64,000 nt of DNA from Haplodiscus bocki (taxonomy: Eukaryota), in the NCBI GenBank assembly GCA_965655095.1, contig OZ296658.1, positions 16,864,001-16,928,000 of the forward strand, in the 5' to 3' direction. Shown in pieces: positions 1 through 11,319 of the stretch (positions are counted from its first letter, which is position 1; each line of letters opens with the position of its first letter). The translations under genes were made by a program, and so were the position numbers. The notes under the pieces are model-generated. The model ran no database searches. It saw only the letters and a list, made by a program, of their open reading frames with translations, and was not told where the DNA came from.

Positions 1-1853
1 TTAGCGTTAACATTACCCGTGGAACGAACATTTATGTGGACCGACAGCACTACCGTCCTTCAGTGGCTGCAGACTACCGACAAATTACCAGTATTTGTGG
101 CAAACCGAGTGGCAGAAATTCTGGAGTCGACTACAACAGACGAATGGAACTACTTTCGAACTTCTGAGAATCCAGCTGATGCTGGCATACATGGGCTCTC
201 AGCAAATGCTCTTTCGGAGAGCCATAGGCTGAAAGGCCCAGACTTTCTCAAGAGAGACGACTGGCCTTTTCAACCGTCAAGGGACATTTTGCAAAAAATC
301 AAAAAGAACAAGTCTAAATCCGACCAATTTCCATCAGAACCCGAAAAACAAGAAGCAACGGCAGTTGCCGCAAATGTCGCTAACATCGCATCAACTTTCG
401 AGTGGCAATAGTATAGTTCGTACGAAACTTCTGCGCATTGTAGCGTATAGGTTGTGTTTAATGCTCATGTTTGTTTGTAACCGGACCAAAACTGGGTCAA
501 TTATTGATCCAGCAGAATTGGAAGTTGCACAGCAGAAACTTTTCCTGCTCGTCCAGCAAGAATCCTTCTCTCTTGAAAGAAAAAGTTTGCTGAAGTCTCC
601 ACCAATCAGCAAGACCTCAACAATTCCGAAACTCTCCCTTTATTGGACCGAATGGACTACTTCGCGCAAAAGGACGTACCCATCAATTGGCAGTCCCTAC
701 ATTTGGAACAAAGCATCCTGTGATACTCGATGCTCGACATCCCTTAGTCCGCTTGTTCCTGCAGCAACTACACGAAAGACATTGCCATCACGGTGTAGAG
801 TACTTGAGGGCTTTGACCCAACAGAACTTCTCGATTATGAAACTTCGCACGACGTTAAAGTCTATTCAGTCGAAGTGTGTTACATGCCGGAAACGAAAAG
901 CGGAAACTGTCACACCAGTTATGGCTGACGTCCCACGAGAAAGATTAGCTTTTAGATCTCCTCCATTCTCTAACACCGGGATCGATTACTTTGGACCTTT
1001 CTATGTTTCAGTTAAACGTTCGACGGAAAAGCGGTGGAGATTCCTTTTCACTTGCCTTACAACTCGCGCCGTCCACTTCGAAGTAGTACCATCAATGGAC
1101 ACCAGTAGTTGCGTCATGGGAATTGAGAGATTTGTAGCCCGTCATGGCGTCCCTGGCGTTATTTGGTCTGACAATGGCACCAACTTCATTGCAACTGAAA
1201 AGGAACTCCTGAACAACGTTCTGAAATGGAACCAACAGACGTTGACTGACTCACTTGTAAAGAAAGGCATGAAGTGGAAGTTTAATCCTCCAAGCGCACC
1301 GCACCATGAATGTGTGTGGGAACGACTTGTGCGCAGCTTCATAAACACTTTTTACGCCATCCTAGTTAATCGACGACTGACTGATGAAATTCTCTACTAC
1401 AATCTGTATTGTCGAGCAAAGCCTCAATGCTCGCCCGCTAGTGCAGACGTAACCGAGTTAGATGTTCTCACTCCAAACCACTTCCTGCTGGGAATAGCTG
1501 GCTCGAGCCTACCATCGTTGGCAAATTGTGACTTTGACAACCGCAAGCGCTATGCACGGGTGCACGCTTACTCCGATGCCATCTGGAACCAGTGGTTGAA
1601 AGAATATGTACCATCCTTGAACAGTAGAGCCAAATGGCATTTACCTTCAAATCGAGACCTCAAAACCGGCGATCTTGTTTGGATTGTGGAGTCAACTACT
1701 CCGAGAAGTTATTATCCTCTTGCGCGCGTAGTGAAATTGAACTTTGGCAGCGATGCAATTGCCCGCTCGGCCGAAGTCCGAACTGCCTCCGGCAACTTGA
1801 TCCGTCCCGTTGTCAAACGTGCCCCTGTTCCTCCCGTTTCCGATTCCGATTAA
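1..1853 (+). pseudogene. pol: BEL/Pao pol remnant: RNase H, H2C2 zinc finger, DDE integrase and BEL C-terminal domain
   Basis: RNase H motif WTDSTTVLQW...FVANRVAEI...SENPAD; zinc finger HERHCH...CVTC; integrase D/D/E in GIDYFGP, WSDNGTNF and VWERLV; tail LTPNHFL...WLKEY...GDLVWI...YPLARV. Interrupted by a TAG at 409-411 and by frameshifts near 425, 635 and 1395. Confidence 0.92.
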
Positions 1854-2071
1854 AAAATTGTCTTCATCAATGTTAGTCTTTCAAAATTGGCATAGTCATC
1901 GATTCTGGTTACGAGAACGTTTGCATTATTAGTTTCTGTGATATTGCATGTAAATCAAAAAACGAAAAGTTTTTTTCATGTATTTTCATTTTTTTGTTAG
2001 TTGTTAAAATCATTTCCGTTGATCTTCGTTTTCCTCTAAACTATTTGGCACATCTTCTTAGGCCCGGCGGA

Positions 2072-2530
2072 TGTTGTAAACAAATAGCAGACCAACATAC
2101 CGCTAAGTAAGATCGTTTAATCTAGCAGTAGGGCTCGCGGTTCGAGAGTTGACGGTAGGGGTTCGTTGCCCAAGGGTGGCTAATTCTTTTTATAATTGAA
2201 TAAATTACCGGATAATCACGTTAATATTACGACATGATACGTAGAAAAAGTACTTCTAAACTTTCTTGCTATCACAGTAAAGTTGTTTACAGTTGTTTAC
2301 GTTGATGCTGTTGTTGAACGTTTATACATTGATGCTTTATTCGTCAAAAAAGCTTGTCCGACCGTACTACAATAAAGTTCTCTCTAAAAACGATCTTTGT
2401 TTTGGTATCAAAGATTTACATGGTCCGTCGACCCGGAGGAAAATATTTTCATTTCGAATTTTTTTTTCGACGGAAAATAAAAATAGCATTTAACCCCTGA
2501 AAACTACAGAAATAACTTTTCTCTACAACA
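2072..2530 (+). repeat. 3' LTR of the BEL/Pao element (459 bp)
   Basis: Starts TGTTGTA directly after the PPT-like tract and ends TACAACA (7-bp terminal inverted repeat). Contains AATAAA at about 2371 and 2477. The partner LTR is outside the window. Confidence 0.8.
2111..2191 (+). promoter_or_regulatory. Degenerate tRNA-like segment (A-box/B-box-like) inside the BEL LTR
   Basis: TAATCTAGCAGTAGG ... GGG-TTCGTTG-CCC with tRNA-like spacing (34 nt from TCTAG to GGTTCG), followed by TTTTT at 2187-2191. Acceptor and anticodon stems do not pair, so it is not a functional tRNA. Confidence 0.4.
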
Positions 2531-4480
2531 ACGCGCCGTTATTTGTCTAAAACTTCAAATTGAGAATTTCGACACTAACTAGTGCATGTAAAACAGAATT
2601 TACAACAACTGCGGGCATGATTGACGCTACCATCAGTCAAAGGAAGCAAGAAAACTGACTTACCGAAAAATCGGAAAATTCAATTTTCTTCGCTCATTTC
2701 TAGTCAAAACTTGCTGAAAGAAGTTTGAGAAAAAATGTCGAAACACGTTCCTCTATCGAATGACCTGTCATCTATTAGTCGAAAAGTATTACCACTTCCA
2801 TTTCTTGTGTAGACTAAAGTCAAAAATATAGCCTTTGCCCTCTAAAGTCCGAAAATAGCTTTTTTCGCTATAAAAATTTTGGTAACAGGAAATTCAATAT
2901 ATGATAGATCATGAACCCGCCGTAGTTTTAATCCAAAAATCATTCCAATAGGAACCGAGCCATTTAATTTTAAAAAGAAGAAAAAGAGGGTCCTCACGCC
3001 GAGAAAAAAAGGGAAATCATTTTGACGTGCCATCGTGCGAAAAGGCTTCCCTCCGCTCGTGTAAAAAGAGAAGAAGGACCTCTGGATAAGAGGGAATTAC
3101 CTTACCAACACAATCAGTACCTATGCGAAAACGGGAATTCGTCACCTTCAATCACCCATGGAGACTGGCAAATCTGCACTGCGAATAATTTGACGAACAT
3201 TTCAAAGTAAATGCAGAAAAGGAACTAAACTTTGACTCAAATTGGCTGGGGAACTACTAAACCCCCAAAGGAAGCTTCTCGCAATCCATTTCTGCTTCTA
3301 CTACTAATATGATTTAATTCATGTCAATTGTGTCCCTTTTAGGTCACTCCAAGTTTAATGTCAATGCATTCTCACATTGTAGTACGCTAGAAATAAGAGA
3401 CCGCCAGATGTCTCGAAAGTTGCGCCGATAAATTTTCTGACTACGCAAGAAAATGCAAGTTTTGGACGAGAAAGTAGAGTTCGGCATGCTAGCTAACAGT
3501 TCAATATTTTCCAACAGCATTTTATCTCGAACTTCTACAGTAAATCGAAGTTCTCTATCTCGCAGAACAAAAAAAATGAAAAAGACCCGGGGCCAGGTAA
3601 AGAGTGGGAATTTTTTTCAGTAACCCGTGTTCTAGTGAGGGGTAGTCAGAAACCAGAAAAGAAGTACGTCCCGCTGAAGACTCCGTAGCGAGTCAATGAC
3701 GGTCCCATGTATTAAAAAAGCATAGTAAATATCAGCAACTGGAGGAAAATTTATAAATTAGGTCATTATATCACAAAAATAGGATCTCGCTGGACTGGAA
3801 ACTTTCACACACTCATTGAAGTTATTCCCTTGCTATGCTCCTGAAAACCGATTTCGCAATAAACGTGATTCGCAATTAACGACCAATTGACCTGGTCATG
3901 TGCAGACTAACGGCTGGGTCGAAAGAGTGATTTCACATGCTATCATCGCTTCTTATTTTATTACTAAAGCAATATTTCCACAAATAGTCAGTGAGAACTA
4001 ATAGCACAACAAACATGGCGTCCCTTCAACTCAACACCTAAACGTTAAGAGAGAATTAGAAATTGAGATACCCAGATCTAGAAAACATCTCAGGCATTGG
4101 TAAAGCTGCAGCAGATCTTGAAGGAGTCTCGGTAACATTAAGCGAATGGAAATGGAAATTAAGGCAATTACTCACTCTGTAACTTCTATCGCAAGTCACC
4201 CATTCGTACAATCTATCCTCAAAATAAGAGACCCCCTAATTTTGTTGACATAATTTGAATTGTCTGCGAATCAAAATTTCTCACCTTGGCCGCAAACTTT
4301 CGTTGAAGCACGATTAAACTCCATGGTTGGGGACAATTAAACTTGGTGAATCGGAATTTTCTGGAGCCCCCTTCTTATTAGACTGCCCGTCTCAATGCTA
4401 GTAACTTCCAATCGACACCCAATGTTATGCTCTCGATAGGAACCGCGAAGTTATGCAGAGTTATGAAAACGAGAGCTAAC

Positions 4481-5579
4481 CTTTAGTGAGAGCGAGAAAC
4501 AGTTGGTCGATGCCTTTGTTGAGTTTGGCGGAGGTGTAATGGTGAGTTGCAGACACAGAATTGGCATATTCAACGGCGGATTCCTCGGGTACACACTTGT
4601 TTTTCTCCAAATCTATTTTATTACCTAAACCACAAAAAACTACACAAAAATACAAAAATGCATCGGACGTTGCCCCGATGCTACCAAAAACTGGAAAGAT
4701 GTCGTGTTCTTTTAGAACAACATATCTCAAAAAAACTTGAAAGTACCACGTCTTTAGAACCTCATTTTGTAGTTGATTACTTCGGTACCAGAGCAAAGAT
4801 TGAAAAAAACTCACTCTACAGATATACAGATATCCGAAGGTATATATTAGACTCAAAAACTAATCAGAACTTTGAAGTCGATACCATTTGAGGACACAGC
4901 TAGGAAAAATTTATAGTATAGTGGAAAAACTTAATAGTGGAGCAGCAAAATTTGAATCAAAATGATACAAACCAGCTATTACTAAAACAACGTCGTCGCC
5001 CAGTTCTTTCCTCAACTCCCTCACCCAAGACTGCACCTGAAATTACACAAACAAATGCATTCAATTATTCACGCCCAAAAAGATAAGAGACAGACGAAAA
5101 CGCTTTCCTCAGAGAAGCGTTGTTGCGAGACTGTGAGCGAAAATTGTGAACAAAATCGAAACCTCTGAGTAGTTCACTCGATCAAAGGAAGAGTAGTTCA
5201 CTTACTCGATCAAAGGAGTCCATGTCCGTCACATCATACACCAAAATTGCCCCTTGGCTATTTCTAAACAGGAAAACGATAAAAGATAAGCCTAAATTTT
5301 TTATTCCAGGCATTCGTTCCACGATACTTACCTGTAATACATAGGCAAAATGGCGTGGTATTTTTCTTGTCCAGCGGTATCCCATATCTCAAGCTGGACC
5401 CTTTGATTATTTATGTTCAGTCTTTTTGTGACAAAGGAACTCTGCACTGTCTGGTCATGCGTTTCATTGAACTTGTTACTGCAGTACCTGAGCACGAGGG
5501 AAGATTTTCCGACGCAACCTTCCCCCAGCAAAATCACTTTCAAGTTATTTTGCTGTCTAGATTGAATACCAGCAGACAT
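4481..5579 (-). CDS. RAB21: Rab21-like small GTPase, spliced; exons 5579-5332, 5263-5206, 5036-4973, 4624-4481; last exon unresolved
   Basis: Exons joined at GT-AG introns keep frame. They give GEGCVGKSS (P-loop), TVQSSF (effector), WDTAGQE, YYRNSQGAILVYDVTD, VQSWVRELRKELG, IAGNKID and HHYTSAK, all Rab21-like. No prenylation Cys motif before the donor-like GTTAG at 4480. Confidence 0.88.
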
Positions 5580-6578
5580 CTAACATCTGATACTGAAAAG
5601 GAAAAATTACTGAAGAATAAAGCCGAAGTGTGAGAAAAACCAGGTTCATCAACTAAGCTTAAGCATTACTATGGGAACTTAAACCGAATTCTCTCCATAG
5701 TCACTTTTAGAAACACAACATGGCCTGGATATGAAGCTGAGGTTATGGCTCGAAACAGCAAAGCGTCCTCTGCAGAACTTAAGAGATGAAAAGAAATTGG
5801 AAGACAAACTGAAACTCGTTCGCTTTTGGAACTAAAAACAATCTGAACAACTCGAACCGAATTTTGGAGAGTCAATTCCAGCCAAAGTTAAATCACGTTC
5901 AATTTACACTTGGAAAACCACAACTAAACTTTTAGTTTTTAAATTCATCAAACATATTTGTAGTTTGACACAAAATTCGACGCTATCTTGGATCGAAATT
6001 CTGGCGTTCTTATCTCAATTTTACGTGACTTGCAACCGACTTTCTGTTTTTGTCTTCACGGTTTCCCACAAATGCATTTTTTAGAACTTCACTTTTAGGT
6101 TTCAAATTTTGTCGAAAAGTTCTAAGCTTGCAAGATCTAAGACCACTTGGAGATGTCAAATCCTACATAAAAGGTCTAGGAATCTGAATATGAATAAAGC
6201 AATTCCAGAAAAAAATCCAGTGCTTGTGAAATTTTACAGTTCGTTTTTGACTTCCCGTGCTTTACTTGGGGCTTCCAGTATAGAAATGCAGAACAGAATT
6301 GAGATTTAGAGTTTAGACAGAAAGTTTACACCTATGAAACTTTTGAGATGAGGATGCTTAGTGTCACAAACTGACATCAGCATCTGAAAAATTTGACTGA
6401 TTCTCCAACAGCTGACAAATTATTTTTCCAACACCTTAAGAAGTTTTTCCAATGAAAAGAAAAGTAATTCATAATTAAACTCCGTAGAAACAGTATTTCG
6501 TCCGAAGGTTTTTTGAAGTTGGTACTGATCCATCGATGAAAGCTGTATGCCCTCAGGAACATAAAGGTCGAGACCCCT

Positions 6579-6711
6579 TGTAACATTCATCAGAGAAAAT
6601 ATACTCTAATTAACTAATTACTAAAATGACATAGAGCATGATGACTCATATGAACCCTCTATACTTCATAGGCGCAATTAATGATTCACCATTTGACAAA
6701 AAAAGCCCACC
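6579..6711 (+). repeat. Putative left part of the Gypsy 5' LTR, separated from its right part by the Helitron-like array
   Basis: Begins TGTAA, the inverted match to the TTACA at 58605-58609 that precedes the PBS. Ends at the GCCCACC array insertion point. I saw no TGTAA-type LTR start within 58255-58609. Confidence 0.55.
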
Positions 6712-7463
6712 CAGTGGAGGCTAGGGTACCAATTACCAGAGGAGGCTTTAGTGTATGTAAATTAGAAGAAAGTATTTCTTTCTTGAAGTCTTGACCCAAG
6801 TATGTTTATAATAGCGACAGTGGAAACCGTCTTGTGGGATTTAAATTTCCCATAGTTTGAAACATTTTTAGGGAATATATGGAAAAATCCTACAAAATGA
6901 ATCGCCCATTTCGCTGTGAGTTGTTTATGTTTTCCTTAGAAGTAAAAAAACGGTCTGAAGCGACTGCTACCAGTTGTGATTGTGCTCCAGCGATTATAAT
7001 TGTTTTTTTGTTGCAGTATTTGAAAAAAAAATTAGTGAAAGAAAATAGTGAACCATATGAGAAAACTTCGTTGTCATCAGAAGCAGTTGATTCTGAGTGG
7101 TAAAGTAATGTAAATTTTTACTCCAAACTCGTAAAACTTCTAATGAAACAGAAAGTTGTTCGAAACGATAATTTTGTCAGATTGAGAACTGAAAAAAGTT
7201 CAATAATATAATAATTCGAAGTACCAATTTTGCATTACTTTATAACCGAAAGAGAAAATGGTAATCACATATTACATTGAATAACCGATTTGAATTAAGA
7301 ACACAACTACGTGTTCAGAAAAATTCCGCTCAAAATAAAGTAAAGAAAAATATGATCAGAGTTCTAACAACCAACTAGTTGAAAGCTCTTTTTAACCAAT
7401 AATGTCCCCGAGTTACAACTACAAAAAAGTCAACAACAGGATTCTCCGAAAAATCACTGGAAA

Positions 7464-8468
7464 TTAATGTTGTATGTTCAACACATTAGGATTTGCATGC
7501 TGTAGAGGTGGTGGTCCACCGCGTGGTTGTTCCGCTTCGCCAATGCCGTTTTTCATGTTGTCAGGCACCTGAACTGCTGAGATCAAACGACAAACTCTGA
7601 CGCGTTGAACTTCCTGTGTGATTGATTCATCGCTCACACTACTTTTAACAAAACCAGAGACTCCCCATCCGCCGTTAGCATTGACGTGTTGAGAAACACA
7701 ATCACAATCAATAGCTTCGCCCAATTCACCTATATCGACAGAACTTGATGGGAGACGCAATACATCGGTGGTACAGAAGAAGGACGCGACATGATGACTT
7801 TGAGTCATATCACCACTCAGTGGGTCATCGTCTTCATCATCAACATCTCTTGCGATTATTCGTGTTGACAGGGTCCACGCAGAAACAGAACTTTTTTGAA
7901 TGCAAGCACAAACGCTTTCATTCTTCGTCGGTCTTCTGTCACAAAGTGTTCCCGAACAGGTTGGTGCAACCACAATTGAATGCAAGAATGTCAGTGGCCT
8001 ATTTGTCAACGTGTAATGGAACATTGCTGGAGTTGTTGGCGACGTGGAAATGGGTATGGGAGGGAAATCATTGTCATTCAAGTTATTCACAACTGTCAGT
8101 GGATGGCGAGTCTCCACGATGGGGTTATGCATGTCAGTTCCCAGACAAACGTTAGTGTACAGCGGCTCGACGACATCGACGCTGGACCCCACCGTCAGGT
8201 AACGATCAGAGAAAAGATTCGCTGATTTTTGAGCCGACTGTGAAATTACTACACAACACTCCTTACAGTTTTTCTGACCTATTATTGCCATTCGGTCGTA
8301 ATTTCCTTCAGGGGAAGGCCTTTTAAATTTGAGGGTTTGGGGCCGATAGAGCTGCAGTGGACGATCACTTCTTTTAAGGACAAGTACAATTCCTCGCAAG
8401 TGTGTATTCCCACTGATACGTAAAAAACCTTTCGAGGTCACCTGTGCCAGAGATACTCGACGATTCAT
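7464..8468 (-). CDS. 334-aa accessory protein of the Helitron-like element; possible zinc-binding OB-fold (RPA-like) ssDNA-binding protein
   Basis: Uninterrupted ATG-TAA ORF co-oriented with RepHel. The motif TCSGTLCDRR...VCAC...WTLSTRIIARD recalls the RPA70 C-terminal zinc ribbon. The function is inference only. Confidence 0.6.
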   Translation of the reverse strand: MNRRVSLAQVTSKGFLRISGNTHLRGIVLVLKRSDRPLQLYRPQTLKFKRPSPEGNYDRMAIIGQKNCKECCVVISQSAQKSANLFSDRYLTVGSSVDVVEPLYTNVCLGTDMHNPIVETRHPLTVVNNLNDNDFPPIPISTSPTTPAMFHYTLTNRPLTFLHSIVVAPTCSGTLCDRRPTKNESVCACIQKSSVSAWTLSTRIIARDVDDEDDDPLSGDMTQSHHVASFFCTTDVLRLPSSSVDIGELGEAIDCDCVSQHVNANGGWGVSGFVKSSVSDESITQEVQRVRVCRLISAVQVPDNMKNGIGEAEQPRGGPPPLQHANPNVLNIQH

Positions 8469-9453
8469 ATCTTAAGAACGCGACGTACTCAAATAAGTAA
8501 TCATAAATTAACTTGTGATGTTTAATATTTTACTTTCCAATTTTCACCGACAGTCTGACCGTTATCTACCTTCAACTAGACAAAAAGTTTCCTCAACCCA
8601 GACTAACTTTACAACGTAAACATACCTATGATTGTGCAGTTTAGGCATTGATTTCAAAGGCCTTTTTTCAAAACACTCGAAATACCTGCGATACAACAAC
8701 GAAATCTAATGACTTCAAAGTGTTCCTCTCACTGCTGCTTTCCAATTCACCAGAAAACTATACGTTAAACTGCTCATCGATTATTGTCAAGCAAGCTGAA
8801 AAATTGCTCTAATAACTATAATTAAAATTGATTTCCATTTTAAAAATGTAACAGTAAATAAAGGAGAAAAGTAAAAATTCCAAACGCACTCATTCATGAA
8901 ATCTACAATTTCAGATAAAAACACACAACATTCTTAGAACAATTCAAGATATCGAAAACACAAAAGTTTGTTTCCGAAAACAAAAGGTGCGGTTTTGAAA
9001 CACCGACACCTCAACAACAACACATTAAGCAATGAAAAAGTCGTTGCAAGTCTCCAATGAACGAAATAAACACGTTTTTTCAAGTAACACAAGCGGTGAT
9101 GAACACCGACGAATCAAAATTTGTCAGTTGGGCACGACACAATGTTATGCGTTTATGGAGGTCAGCACAGCACAATAGAAATAACAATAAGTTTGGGGCT
9201 CCACAAGAGCTGTTGTTCAGTACCGGCTAACGAGATAACCTAGCTACCTGATAAAAAAAGAGAAACAAATGAATGAAATCAAAATGTGGAAAGCTTGTTT
9301 CCGTGCGGAACAATACCCGCACCCAACAAAAAAACCTATGCTTCTACAGTTAAAAGTATTTTTCTTCCATGCGGAACTGGAAGTTTTTTTAACAGCTCTT
9401 AATATACGTCTTCAAGAGACCCGTTCAAATAATTTCGCCATTCTCTTGTTAGG

Positions 9454-10116
9454 TCATTCCGAGCAATTGAATATCTTGCGACCAATGTCAAGAAAAGCGA
9501 TTGTTAAAGACAAAGAATGATAACTATCAAAACCACTAACTCTATTTTCCAAAATTCTTTTCCTGTTAACTGCTCGTTTTGGGACAGAACATAAAGACTC
9601 TCACAAAAGACTACTCGTGAGACCATGTGAGTTTCTAAAATTGAATTTAAATGCAAATCATTGCCAGGTTCCAGCAGTTTCTTGTACCTTTGTGTGAGAA
9701 TTGCATTGCTTTTGATAAACGTGATACGAGCTGGACAAAAGGAAAGAGCATCAGAAAAGTCGTGCGCACCACGACGAGGTAAATAGGTGAAGCCAATGAC
9801 ATTGTATTGAGTAAGAAGTCGTAACTTTGGAAAAAAATTGATACGGGGTCAATGCTGGATTCTTCTTAGAAGAAAGACTGTTATTTACAGCATCATGCCA
9901 AAAAATTATTTTGTTTGATTTCGTTGGAATTTTATGTGTCCTCAAAAGCACTTCAATGTTTTTCTCTTTATTTGCATGATTTAAAGCCAAACCGGGAACG
10001 CTAAAAACTTTATTTTGTAAACCTCCGAACAGATGTGGTTTTTCATCCATTGCCCAGTACACAGACGAGGCTGCAACAATCAAATACTCATTCATTGTCC
10101 TGAAAAGCTCCTCCAT
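9454..10116 (-). pseudogene. Divergent SGNH/GDSL-hydrolase-like protein (about 220 aa) with one frameshift
   Basis: Blocks LIVAASS, FSVPGL and IIFWHDAVNNSL. After a frameshift in the A7 run at 9831-9837 the frame continues ...FTYLPRRG...PGNDLHLN to a TGA at 9454-9456. Order and spacing follow SGNH blocks I, II, III and V. Confidence 0.55.
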
Positions 10117-10899
10117 GTGTTAGTACTGAACCAGAAAAAGTTCGATTTCTAAGCAGAGAAAAAGATTAATAAAATGAAAGACGCGTTTAGTAAACTTCAG
10201 GGCCCAGAAAACTGTGAAATGAGAGATGTTTTTATTGCGAACACTTTGCAACTTTCACAACTGTTCTCCATTCAAGTATGAACAACTCAAAATTGTTGAA
10301 GAAACATTCCTTGAAAAAAATTTTTTTTTAAACATTTAACGTGCAACCACTAGTGCATTCAATCCCAACCAAAAACCATTCGACGCCTCCTCAATCCTCT
10401 ATCGCCTTCATAAAAAAACAAGTAGTTTAAACAACAGTCAATTGAAGTTTTCAATCGAGAATGATCAACAAAAGGCTATGGATAAAAAATGTTTCTGATG
10501 TAATATACATACTGGCAATTCAACTAAAAAACAGTAAATGAATATTGCACAAAATGGTTTTCAAAGCTGAGAGAAGATAATAGGTTGCCGAGCAACCAGA
10601 GAAAACAATAGGTTTACGGAAGTTTTTTAGAGCTGCAAACATTTTGAAGAAATCAGCACGAACTACACAATAATCACGAAACGGATGGAAACTGTGCAAC
10701 CAAAAATTGACACCCATCAACAGAGTTAACATTCAGTGAAGAAGAAACGTTGACATTGATTGAATTCAGTTTGTCCCGCCATATGCAGACCTTTTCACAA
10801 GGCATTCGCACTGCAACGACCCCTCTACGTTACTAGAACGATACAAATCAATTAACACGTCGTATTCGCTCAGATAGTCAGCAAGTTTCAGTTGCACAA

Positions 10900-11150
10900 C
10901 GATTCTTTTTCTGCGAGACATCGCTTTCTGCCAATCCACTTCGAATGAAGACAAAGAAATTCCGTTCCGGTTACATCAGCGAAACCATGAACATAAGCAA
11001 TTACTGTCCAGGGACGACGAGGTATGGGCTTTGTAAACTCACTTCCGTGCCCGGAATTGTGTTCATGAACACGCCGACGCAGGTTTTTGCAGCGACCGAC
11101 GTAGAACAAATGAGGCAACTTCAAACTCCTCAGCAAATAGCAGAAACCAA
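10900..11150 (-). other. GIY-YIG (SLX1-like) endonuclease domain at the RepHel C-terminus
   Basis: GFCYLLRS...FYVGRCKNLRRRVHEHNSGHGSEFT...RRPWTVIAYVHGF is in frame with the helicase. The FEVDWQ helix follows after a frameshift near 10955. Confidence 0.85.
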
Positions 11151-11319
11151 ACGAAGTGTTAGGAACTTCGCTAAACCGCAAAGGAAAAGGGCTTAATGTT
11201 TCTACAGAGCTCAGATTGCTTCTCATATCATTGTAGCTGTCCAGTAGGTTATTGATGAAAGGCAACAGCTGGTTTTCCTTGACTAACGTGTTGTCAATGC
11301 TTCTCATCGTGGCTAATCT

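Larger units (their letters stand above)
1..2530 (+). mobile_element. BEL/Pao LTR retrotransposon, 3' portion (runs off the left edge of the window)
   Basis: BEL-type RNase H, integrase and C-terminal domain remnants (1-1853). These are followed by a GC/purine-rich tract AGGCCCGGCGGA (2060-2071) and an LTR bounded by TGTTGTA...TACAACA. Confidence 0.93.

Noticed and set aside
3580-3640. Possible Helitron1 3' end (CCCGTGTTCTAGT)
   Set aside because: No convincing hairpin at the expected distance and no matching 5' end or second copy in the window.
10520-10732. 70-aa minus-strand ORF between RepHel and the SGNH-like gene
   Set aside because: Short, with no motif and no second copy to test conservation.
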